Source of the DNA: Paenibacillus nanensis
GTDB taxonomy: Bacteria > Bacillota > Bacilli > Paenibacillales > Paenibacillaceae
NCBI GenBank assembly: GCA_040396195.1
Contig: JBEBPB010000005.1
Location: 113,904-177,903, forward strand
Length of the DNA stretch: 64,000 nucleotides
Direction of reading: 5' to 3'
A program made the translations under genes and the position numbers. The notes under the pieces were generated by a model that was not told the DNA's origin, did no database searches, and was given only the letters and a program-made list of their open reading frames with translations. Positions 56,280-64,000 of the stretch are shown in pieces. The number at the start of each line of letters is the position of its first letter. Position 1 is the stretch's first letter.

Positions 56280-57206
56280 ATGGTAACCGGCCGCTTTCGC
56301 TTGTTAGCGAATATTACCTGCATAGGGATGCTGCTAGTACTTCTTGCCGGAGCATTAGTTACGAATACGGATTCAGGAATGGGCTGCGGCACTGACTGGC
56401 CGCTATGTAATGGAAAGTTTATTCCCGCTTATACGCTGGAATCAATGATTGAATATTCGCACCGTTTTGTAAGCGGAATAGAAGGCATTCTTGTACTTGT
56501 TGTTGCCATATCTCTCTACAGAAAGTATCGCAGTAACAAGGCAGTCTTCAAAGAGCCTTTTTTGTATGGTGCTTTTGCACTTGCGTTTACCGTTATTCAG
56601 GCATTGATGGGAGCGGCAGCAGTGAAATGGCCGCAAACGCCTGCCGTAATGGCGATTCACTTCGGAATATCATTAGTGGCTTTCGCCTCAACCATGCTGC
56701 TTGTTATTTGGGTGTATCGTGCCAAGCATGAAGTTCCGCCGATCTACAAAGTATCAGGAAAGTTGGCAATGCCGCTTCTGGCGCTGTCTATTTACAGCTA
56801 TGTAGTCATTTATCTTGGTGCTTTCATTCGACATACCAAATCAGCAGGCGGTTGTTCAGGATGGCCTTTATGTAACGGTGAGTTGATTCCTGATTTGCAA
56901 GGAGCAACAGGGGCAGTGTTTATACATAGAGTTGCGGCATTGATTTTTGCACTTGCAGTTATAAGCATTTATTTTTATGTGAAAAAAGTTGAAGGCAGTC
57001 AAGAGGCTGGTCTAACTCGTGCTCTAGGCTGGGTAGTAATTATGGTTATAGCACAAATATTTAGTGGTGCTTGGCTAACAATTACGGTTACTAATGAGAA
57101 CTTGTTTATATTTACGAGTCTTGTCCATAATTTGATTATTGTTGCCTTATTTAGTGTTTTACTGGATGCGCTCATCCGAGCATGGCGTTTCGGGAAGCAT
57201 AATTAG
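56280..57206 (+). CDS. ctaA: Heme A synthase
   Basis: SGMGCGTDWPLCNG, EYSHR, HFG, GCSGWPLCNG, HR and VHN motifs. Confidence 0.95.
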   Translation: MVTGRFRLLANITCIGMLLVLLAGALVTNTDSGMGCGTDWPLCNGKFIPAYTLESMIEYSHRFVSGIEGILVLVVAISLYRKYRSNKAVFKEPFLYGAFALAFTVIQALMGAAAVKWPQTPAVMAIHFGISLVAFASTMLLVIWVYRAKHEVPPIYKVSGKLAMPLLALSIYSYVVIYLGAFIRHTKSAGGCSGWPLCNGELIPDLQGATGAVFIHRVAALIFALAVISIYFYVKKVEGSQEAGLTRALGWVVIMVIAQIFSGAWLTITVTNENLFIFTSLVHNLIIVALFSVLLDALIRAWRFGKHN

Positions 57207-57233
57207 AAAACCAATAAGGGGGCTGTTGCCGGC

Positions 57234-57959
57234 ATGCTTAGATTTTTATTTAATGAACCGCAATCAGTGCCTGAAGGTAAGCTTCTGGAGACTTATCAAG
57301 CGATTGATCAATTTGTGTCGCTTCTACAAAAAAAAGCAGAAACGACCAGGGCTGAACAAACAACCTTTATGGAGAAGCTGCGCAAGTATGAAATTTGGTC
57401 GCTCGGCTTATCGGCTTCTCTAAATGAGCTTGAGCAAAGCAAATATGCTTCAGCCATGTTTTATAAGGAAATTAAATCTAGCTCATTGAAAGATATGAGC
57501 AATGAGGAACGTTTGAATTACAATCGATATGTTTATTTTGATAAAGACGGATTTATTCGTGTATTCTCCTTGCTGGATAAGCTAGGTACTTTTTTAAATG
57601 AAATGCTTCAAATGAAAACAGAGCGCATAAAACCTCATTTTTCTTACTTCACTGTACTTCGCAATATGCGCGAGAATAAGGCGCACCCAGAGCTGACTTG
57701 GAAACTAAATGATGTCAAAGAACAATATAAGGAACCGATGAGTCGTCTGCGGAAAAGACGAAACACTGAAATTCATTATATGAATTCCGAGATGCACGAT
57801 GATTTGATTTTGAGCCAGCGAATGTACGGAGAGGACAATCCTCTGGAAAATTTGAAACAGCAAGCCAATGATTTATCAGATTGCTTGATGATGGCAACCG
57901 ACTCATTGTCGCTTGTGTTTCAATACGGCTGCAAACTGGCTCGTAAAAAACAGCTGTAA
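57234..57959 (+). CDS. HEPN domain protein (Cthe_2314-like)
   Basis: All-helical; F..IRVFSLLDKLG.FLN and an RxxxxH motif (RRNTEIH). Confidence 0.75.
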   Translation: MLRFLFNEPQSVPEGKLLETYQAIDQFVSLLQKKAETTRAEQTTFMEKLRKYEIWSLGLSASLNELEQSKYASAMFYKEIKSSSLKDMSNEERLNYNRYVYFDKDGFIRVFSLLDKLGTFLNEMLQMKTERIKPHFSYFTVLRNMRENKAHPELTWKLNDVKEQYKEPMSRLRKRRNTEIHYMNSEMHDDLILSQRMYGEDNPLENLKQQANDLSDCLMMATDSLSLVFQYGCKLARKKQL

Positions 57960-57982
57960 ATTCAGGGGAAGCGGGGATTAAT

Positions 57983-58762
57983 GTGGGATTGCAGGGGAAA
58001 ACGGCACTAATTACGGGCAGTGCAAAAGGGCTGGGGAAGCGTGCTGCTTTGCAGTTGGCAGAGCAAGGCTGTCATATTGTGTTGAATTATAATTCCAGTG
58101 AAGCGGAAGCGGCCAAAGTGAAGGGGCAGGTAGAAGCTTACGGTGTTAAAGCTATAATGGTGCAAGCCGATATAGGAACACCGGAGGGGACAGAGAAGCT
58201 CGGCTCAGCAGCTGAAAGCTTTATGGGCGGTGTAGATATTCTTATTAATAATGCGGGCCCCTTTGTTCGTGAAAGAAAGCTGTTTTCACAATATGATCAA
58301 CAAATGATCACCAAATTAGTCAACGGTAATTTGCTTGGGGCGATGCTCCTTGATCATAGAATGCTTCCAGGTATGATTGAACGACGCTGGGGAAGAATTA
58401 TTCACTTTGGATTTGGTCATGCCGGCGAAGCGCGTGCGTGGCCGCATCGTGCCGCATATGCTGCTGCTAAGACCGGTTTAGTCTCGTTTACCAAGTCGCT
58501 TGCAGTCGAGACTGCTCCTTATGGCGTTACGGTTAATTTAATAGGCCCGGGTGATATACGAGGTGACAATAAGGAATTATCGATCAATGAGGCTATTCAT
58601 ATGCATGATCCAGAATCGCCGCTAGGCAGACCTGGGACAGGAGAGGATGTCGCAAGGGTGATTTTGTTTCTTTGTGAGGAGAAATCGAGCTTTTTAACGG
58701 GCAATGTAATAGATGTAACAGGTGGATTCGATCCGATAAAAGCCAATATAAAAGGAATTTAG
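57983..58762 (+). CDS. SDR family oxidoreductase
   Basis: TGSAKGLG, NNAG, YAAAK and NVIDVTGG. Confidence 0.93.
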   Translation: MGLQGKTALITGSAKGLGKRAALQLAEQGCHIVLNYNSSEAEAAKVKGQVEAYGVKAIMVQADIGTPEGTEKLGSAAESFMGGVDILINNAGPFVRERKLFSQYDQQMITKLVNGNLLGAMLLDHRMLPGMIERRWGRIIHFGFGHAGEARAWPHRAAYAAAKTGLVSFTKSLAVETAPYGVTVNLIGPGDIRGDNKELSINEAIHMHDPESPLGRPGTGEDVARVILFLCEEKSSFLTGNVIDVTGGFDPIKANIKGI

Positions 58763-58781
58763 ACAATAACAGCGAAAAGCG

Positions 58782-58834
58782 AAAAAAAGGCGTTCAGAGC
58801 TAATTTGCACCAGCTTGCTGAACAGCCTTTTTTT
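58782..58834. terminator. Bidirectional terminator
   Basis: AAAAAAGGCGTTCAG...CTGAACAGCCTTTTTTT. Confidence 0.75.
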
Positions 58835-58850
58835 CTTTAATTGCTCAGTA

Positions 58851-59096
58851 TTAGAATACTTGAACAACCTCTACAACGCCTTCCACTTCTTCAAGAAGTG
58901 CGCGCTCGATTCCTGCTTTAAGTGTGATTGTGGAGCTTGGGCAGCTTCCGCAAGCACCCATTAGACGTAGTTTAATAATGCCGCCTTCTACATCGACTAA
59001 TTCAACGTCGCCCCCGTCGCGTTGCAAGAACGGACGTAATTTATCTAGGACATCAAGCACTTCATCATACATGGACTCTCTTACTTCGTTACTCAT
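58851..59096 (-). CDS. yutI: NifU/Nfu-type Fe-S carrier (YutI)
   Basis: [14 protein letters not shown]...[18 protein letters not shown]. Confidence 0.93.
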   Translation of the reverse strand: MSNEVRESMYDEVLDVLDKLRPFLQRDGGDVELVDVEGGIIKLRLMGACGSCPSSTITLKAGIERALLEEVEGVVEVVQVF

Positions 59097-59160
59097 TGCA
59101 ATCAACTCCTTTCTACCCTATTATAGTACAATAAGTAATTAAGTTAAAGCTGGTGACAAT

Positions 59161-59436
59161 ATGTTTAAACCATTAGTTGAATTTTGTGCAAGCAATATGC
59201 ATCATGGCACAGATAAAGTAATGCAACAATTCGAGCAGGACGATCAATATGAGGTCGAGGAGTATGGCTGTTTGGGCAACTGCGGTGAGTGTTACCTAAT
59301 GCCTTACGCCCTTGTTGACGGTACAATCGTAACTGCAGAAAAGGCGGATGCGCTTTATAATAATATTGTAAAATTTCTTGAGCAGCAGCAAGTGGATCAA
59401 GCAGCATTGGACAAGCTTCTTGATGATATGGATTAG
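59161..59436 (+). CDS. yuzB: YuzB/DUF1450 family protein
   Basis: LVEFCASN...EYGCLGNCGEC...ALVDG. Confidence 0.88.
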   Translation: MFKPLVEFCASNMHHGTDKVMQQFEQDDQYEVEEYGCLGNCGECYLMPYALVDGTIVTAEKADALYNNIVKFLEQQQVDQAALDKLLDDMD

Positions 59437-59459
59437 TCATAGGTTATTGTAAGCTCAAA

Positions 59460-60530
59460 TTATCCTTTATGACGTTTGGAATTCCATAGAACACCGCTTT
59501 TAATCAATCGGGGAACACGACCAAGAATCGGGGTATGCCCCATTATGCCGAATCCGCTCTTTTTCCCTAATGATCCAAGTACACCCTTTAGTTTAATGGC
59601 GCCCAGCTTGGGCATTCGATTGTCCCAGAGCGCAAGGAGCACTTCCGAAACTTGCTTGCCTTGTGCTCCTGCCGCTTGACCGCTTGGCGAGAAGGGAAGC
59701 GAAGCACAATCGCCAATAATATACACATTTGTATGCTGCGGCAATTGATGGTATTCATTAATGATCAGCCTCCCCATTGAATCTTTAGGCAAGTTGATTT
59801 GCTGTACAATCGGCACAGGCTGAATGCCTGCAGTCCAAACTGTTGCATCCGTATAAATAATATCAGACGGGGCATTTGCATCATGCAATTGACCCTCTTC
59901 TACACGAAATAACTGGGTGTTGCCTCGCATTTCTATTTGATGTTCAGTAAACCAATCCATAACAAAGGTTTGAAGCTTTCCGGGAAAGGCTGACAGTGGT
60001 TTCGGTCCCCTGTCGATCAGCCGAATATTCAAGTCCGGTCTGCTTTCTCTTAGCTCAGCAGCAACCTCTACACCGCTCAGCCCCCCGCCGATAATAGAAA
60101 TTTGTCCATGCGGCTTCACATTATTGAGCAGAGAGTAAGTTTTCCGCGCGGCTCCGAAGGTTTGAATACTTGTTGAAAATTGTTCTGCTCCTTCGATGCC
60201 ATGATATTTGTCCGTGCAGCCTAATCCAAGGACAAGCCAATCATAAGCTACTGGCTCCTCGTCTTCCATATAAACAAGCTGTTTCTCAAGATCAATATTG
60301 GTAATTTCTCCGTACAAAATAGAAAGTCGTTCATCTTCTGGAAAATTGACTCGCAAATCCAGATCAGAGGCAGTGCCTGCTGCTAATGCATAAAATTCGG
60401 TTTTCAAACCTTGAAAAGGCATACGGTCAATTAAAGTAATGGAAATATCTGCGGGAAACTGTTTTTCAAGCAAATCACTAACGAGTGCCTGACCACCGTA
60501 GCCGCCTCCTAATACCACTAAATTTCTCAT
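59460..60530 (-). CDS. yutJ: NAD(P)/FAD-dependent oxidoreductase (YutJ, NDH-2-like)
   Basis: LGGGYGG, IGGGLSGVEVAAEL, WTAG, GDCA and KGVLGSLG. Confidence 0.88.
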   Translation of the reverse strand: MRNLVVLGGGYGGQALVSDLLEKQFPADISITLIDRMPFQGLKTEFYALAAGTASDLDLRVNFPEDERLSILYGEITNIDLEKQLVYMEDEEPVAYDWLVLGLGCTDKYHGIEGAEQFSTSIQTFGAARKTYSLLNNVKPHGQISIIGGGLSGVEVAAELRESRPDLNIRLIDRGPKPLSAFPGKLQTFVMDWFTEHQIEMRGNTQLFRVEEGQLHDANAPSDIIYTDATVWTAGIQPVPIVQQINLPKDSMGRLIINEYHQLPQHTNVYIIGDCASLPFSPSGQAAGAQGKQVSEVLLALWDNRMPKLGAIKLKGVLGSLGKKSGFGIMGHTPILGRVPRLIKSGVLWNSKRHKG

Positions 60531-60621
60531 AAGACCAGCACCGCCACTTCATTATTATTGTTGTAGGATTCACCAAATCCCAAATAACTACTCATGCAGC
60601 AAACTCTACATTTCATCCAGC

Positions 60622-61725
60622 TTATTCATAAACCTTAATCTCATTATAGAAAGTATCACGCTCAACAGGAATCCGTCCTGCTCCTTTAATCAACCAAATT
60701 AAATCCTCGCGTGTAATCCCCTCTGGAGTAAGTGCACCTGCTGCGTGACTAATTTTTTCCTTTACAATCGTTCCATGAGCATCCGAAGCTCCCATTGTCA
60801 GCGCGACCTGTGTAAGCTGTACGCCAATATTGATGAAATAAGCTTTAATATGCTGGAAGTTATCCAGCATTAAGCGGCTGATTGCGATTGTTTTCAGATC
60901 TTCAAATGCAGAATTGCGACGGCGAATACCTGCTCTTGGGTTGATTGGCTGCATAGAAAGCGGAATAAAAACTAAAAATCCATTAGTCTCATCTTGCAGC
61001 TCTCTTAAGTGCATCAAGTGACGAATACGATCTTCCTTCGTTTCTATAGCACCGTACAGCATCGTTGTATGTGTTTTCAGCCCTAGCTCATGAGCTGAGC
61101 GATGTACATTCAGGTAAGCAGTTACGTCAGCTTTGTCGACATGCATTTTTTTGCGATAATGGTCAGACAAAATTTCTGCTCCGCCGCCTGTAAGTGATTT
61201 AAGACCAGCAGCCATTAATTCTTGCAACACTTCTTTGTAGGAAAGACCGCTAATTCTTGAAAAGAAATCTATTTCTGCAGCAGTGTAAGCTTTTAATGTA
61301 ACTTCGGGATAACGATCGTTTAAAGCTCGCAAGGAATCTACATAATATTGGAAGGGAACATGTTGGTTATGGCCGCCAACAATATGAAATTCACGGACTC
61401 CAGGATGAATATGCTGTTCAACATAATCAATCATTTGCTCGCCAGTAAGAGTATAAGAGCCTTCATCGCCTTCGTCCTTGCGGAAATTACAAAAAGCACA
61501 ACGGGATTCGCAGACGTTAGTAAAGTATAAGCTCATATTTTCGATAAAATAAACTTTCTTGCCGTTCTTTTTTAAATTGACTTCATTGGCTAATTGACCA
61601 ATTGTTAACAAATCATCAGATTGATATAGGAATACTCCGTCTTCTAACGTAAGGCGCTCATTGTTGCGGACCTTCTCTACAATATGTTGCATTTGAGATG
61701 ATTGGTTGGGTAAAATAATATTCAT
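60622..61725 (-). CDS. mqnE: Aminofutalosine synthase (radical SAM, futalosine menaquinone pathway)
   Basis: TNVCESRCAFCNF, LTGGGAEI, TTMLYGAIE, AISRLMLDNFQHIKAY, GRIPVERD. Confidence 0.88.
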   Translation of the reverse strand: MNIILPNQSSQMQHIVEKVRNNERLTLEDGVFLYQSDDLLTIGQLANEVNLKKNGKKVYFIENMSLYFTNVCESRCAFCNFRKDEGDEGSYTLTGEQMIDYVEQHIHPGVREFHIVGGHNQHVPFQYYVDSLRALNDRYPEVTLKAYTAAEIDFFSRISGLSYKEVLQELMAAGLKSLTGGGAEILSDHYRKKMHVDKADVTAYLNVHRSAHELGLKTHTTMLYGAIETKEDRIRHLMHLRELQDETNGFLVFIPLSMQPINPRAGIRRRNSAFEDLKTIAISRLMLDNFQHIKAYFINIGVQLTQVALTMGASDAHGTIVKEKISHAAGALTPEGITREDLIWLIKGAGRIPVERDTFYNEIKVYE

Positions 61726-61756
61726 TTCTTATTCCTCCGCATATACGTAAACTTAC

Positions 61757-61774
61757 TTGTGAAAAAAATAACAA
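61757..61774. promoter_or_regulatory. Candidate Fnr/Rex operator
   Basis: TTGTGAAAAAAATAACAA: one mismatch from TGTGA-N6-TCACA and two from TTGTGAA-N4-TTCACAA. Confidence 0.45.
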
Positions 61775-61995
61775 AGAAACAACTTCTTTAATTATAAACC
61801 TCGTGGACAATAGGGGCAAGGGTAGAAACCATTCGAAATAAAGTAAGCTATTGCATAGTTCAAGGGAGAGCTTCATAACATAATCTGATGATAAGCTGCT
61901 AAAAGTATATACTAGTCCGTCTTGAGCGATATTTCGATATGCAGTATACTATAGTAACAGGTTTTATTTATTTAGAGTTATTGGAGGGATGTCGC

Positions 61996-62352
61996 ATGAT
62001 CACAGTTAGTGAACTCGCATCTGAAAAAATAAAAGAAATGCTGGAGGAGCAAGAGCTTCCCAATCTTTTTTTGCGTTTAGGTGTTAAGGAAGGCGGCTGC
62101 AGCGGTTTTTCTTATGGCATGGGCTTTGACGATGAGCTCAATGACGGTGATGAAGAGATGGAGGTTGACGGCATTAGAGTAGTCGTTGACGATGAGAGCA
62201 AGAAATATTTGTTCGGCTTGCAAATTGATTTCAAAGAAACGGCGATGGGTGGCGGTTTTACAATCGACAATCCTAACGCTCATGTAACTTGTGGCTGTGG
62301 TTCCAGCTTCCGTACCAAGACTGATGCGGGCAAGCCGGACAAAGACTGTTAA
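61996..62352 (+). CDS. HesB/IscA (SufA/YutM) A-type Fe-S carrier
   Basis: LRLGVKEGGCSGFSY...NPNA..TCGCGSSF. Confidence 0.95.
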   Translation: MITVSELASEKIKEMLEEQELPNLFLRLGVKEGGCSGFSYGMGFDDELNDGDEEMEVDGIRVVVDDESKKYLFGLQIDFKETAMGGGFTIDNPNAHVTCGCGSSFRTKTDAGKPDKDC

Positions 62353-62357
62353 TATCC

Positions 62358-62394
62358 AAAACTCCCTTTGCATGGATGCAAGGGGAGTTTTTTT
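62358..62394 (+). terminator. Terminator
   Basis: AAAACTCCCTTTGCA...TGCAAGGGGAGTTTT plus Ts. Confidence 0.8.
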
Positions 62395-62597
62395 ACTGGG
62401 GAATTTTCAAACAATCCCTAATTTTGAATAGCTTTGTAGAAATAGATCGCATCGTTACAACTCACCTGAATTCAATCCATACGTTTTAGATGGAGCTATA
62501 AAAAAATGCTGTATCCCAAAACAGCCAACCATAAGCCGACGTTTGGGATCAGCACCAATAAAAAGTAAACTTTTTCCACACATTATCCTGCCATTGT

Positions 62598-63389
62598 TTA
62601 GTTCCCCTGATGTATAAGCAACTGATCATCAGTGAGTTGCTGGCGAATAAGGTTGGCAGCATGCGCTACTTCTTCTTTACTCGGAGGCTCTACGTCATCT
62701 AGAGCATAGTCCAATCCTAGCTGTTCCCATTTATATTTTCCCATCGTATGATAAGGAAGCAGTTCTAGTTTGGCGACAGTCCCCAGTTTCTCTATAAACT
62801 GTCCTAGCTCGATCAAATCTTCATCATGGTTCGTAATTCCCGGTATAACTACATGTCTGATCCATAATTGTTGCTTGCGTTCTGCCAAAAATCTTGCAAA
62901 TTCCAAAATTCGTTTATTGGACTGAGTCGTTAAAGCCTGATGCTTTTTCTCGTTAATCATTTTAAGATCAAGCATAATGAGATCGGCTGCATCGAATAAT
63001 CCGAAGGCATCTGCATGATGGGGCTCACAAAAGCCTGACGAATCCAGTGCTGTATGCAGACCCAGTTCTTTTTTTACCGCACGGAAGAGGGCGGAAACGA
63101 AGGGAGCCTGTAATGTTGGCTCGCCTCCTGAAACCGTTAATCCTCCGCCTGAACGTTTATAGTAATGGATATAAGGGCGAATTTCTTCAATAATTTCAGC
63201 GACGGTCATCACTTTGCCTGTTCCTGTATCCCAAGTATCGGGATTATGGCAAAATTGGCATCTAAGCGCACAGCCTTGCAAGAAAAGGACAAAGCGTATG
63301 CCCGGCCCATCCACCGTTCCAAAAGTTTCGACTGAGTGGATCCTTCCTTTCACTTCCAAATCCGACTGCGAAAGAGTGGCTTTAGTCAT
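62598..63389 (-). CDS. pflA: Pyruvate formate-lyase activating enzyme
   Basis: ETFGTVDGPGIRFV.F.QGCALRCQFCHNPDTW, SGGEP, LPYHTMG. Confidence 0.96.
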   Translation of the reverse strand: MTKATLSQSDLEVKGRIHSVETFGTVDGPGIRFVLFLQGCALRCQFCHNPDTWDTGTGKVMTVAEIIEEIRPYIHYYKRSGGGLTVSGGEPTLQAPFVSALFRAVKKELGLHTALDSSGFCEPHHADAFGLFDAADLIMLDLKMINEKKHQALTTQSNKRILEFARFLAERKQQLWIRHVVIPGITNHDEDLIELGQFIEKLGTVAKLELLPYHTMGKYKWEQLGLDYALDDVEPPSKEEVAHAANLIRQQLTDDQLLIHQGN

Positions 63390-63435
63390 AGTCGTTCATC
63401 CCTTTCTTTTGGTCATCGTTGTTTCAGTATTTATA

Positions 63436-64000
63436 TTACATTTCACCGTGGAAAGTACGGCTAATGACTTCAAGCTGCTGCTCTTTGGTCAATTTAATAA
63501 AGTTGACTGCATAGCCGGATACCCGGACTGTCAGTTGAGGGTACTGCTCAGGATGCTCCATCGCATCGATCAATGTAGCTCGATCAAATACGTTTACGTT
63601 CAAATGATGGGCATCTTGCGACATATAACCATCGAGCAGGGAGGACAAGTTGTTCATTTGCGCGTTGCTGTCCTTGCCCAAAGCCTTTCCAATAATGGAG
63701 AAGGTGTTGGAAATACCGTCAAGCGAATGGCTATACGGCAACTTTGCGACACTGGATAGGGAGGCTAACGCCCCCTTTTGATCGCGTCCATGCATGGGAT
63801 TGGCGCCTGGTGCAAACGGTTCGCCAGCTTTGCGGCCGTCCGGAGTAGATCCGGTCTTTTTGCCGTAAACGACGTTTGATGTAATAGTTAGAACCGATTG
63901 TGTTGCAGTAGCGCCGCGATAAGGCTTATGCTTTTCAAGTTTGGTCATAAATGTTTTAACTAGTTGAACAGCTAACTGATCTACACGATCATCATTATTA
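63436..64000 (-). CDS. pflB: Formate C-acetyltransferase (C-terminal part; 5' end outside window)
   Basis: The frame stays open to the window edge (NNDDRVD...). [17 protein letters not shown] and the glycyl-radical motif RVSGYAV are present. Confidence 0.96.
   Translation of the reverse strand, partial: NNDDRVDQLAVQLVKTFMTKLEKHKPYRGATATQSVLTITSNVVYGKKTGSTPDGRKAGEPFAPGANPMHGRDQKGALASLSSVAKLPYSHSLDGISNTFSIIGKALGKDSNAQMNNLSSLLDGYMSQDAHHLNVNVFDRATLIDAMEHPEQYPQLTVRVSGYAVNFIKLTKEQQLEVISRTFHGEM

Noticed and set aside
45029-57206. ctaB-sco and ctaA lying apart from the oxidase subunit genes
   Set aside because: Dispersed heme-modification genes are ordinary in Bacillales.
369-63759. The many 60-250 aa ORFs antisense or out of frame to the genes listed above
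   Set aside because: They lie inside well-supported genes, have no SD and no recognisable motifs, and are treated as shadow ORFs.

Overview
A 64-kb chromosomal segment from an endospore-forming Bacillales bacterium, most likely Paenibacillaceae (inferred from mqnE, gerQ-cwlJ, SASP, cmpA, a copper-amine-oxidase-domain lipoprotein and Paenibacillus-type hypotheticals). About 60 genes, mostly housekeeping, sporulation, cell-wall and respiratory functions. There are 5 tRNAs (Asn, Ser, Glu, Lys, Leu) in the tex-cmpA-sprT-tRNA arrangement known from the B. subtilis trnS locus. An accessory, partly decaying region (~22.6-30.2 kb) follows tRNA-Leu. It carries an integrative-element end signature, an orphan phage-type amidase, a deletion-scarred esterase/sulfatase/GH88/AraC locus, a catalytically degenerate Mrr-like protein and a diguanylate cyclase. 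Top leads: (1) an intact 1515-aa glutamate synthase large-subunit paralogue whose glutamine amidotransferase domain and coupling Glu are selectively destroyed while FMN, 2-oxoglutarate and 3Fe-4S motifs remain, with no gltD nearby; (2) a stand-alone HEPN (RxxxxH) protein in a housekeeping operon; (3) the att/lysin remnant at the tRNA homologous to the ICEBs1 target; (4) a probable CTG start codon, an unannotated cmpA and a 4x22-bp repeat array with exact 50-nt spacing. No CRISPR array, rRNA, transposase or integrase was seen. All family assignments come from motif recognition and recalled knowledge; no database search was run.
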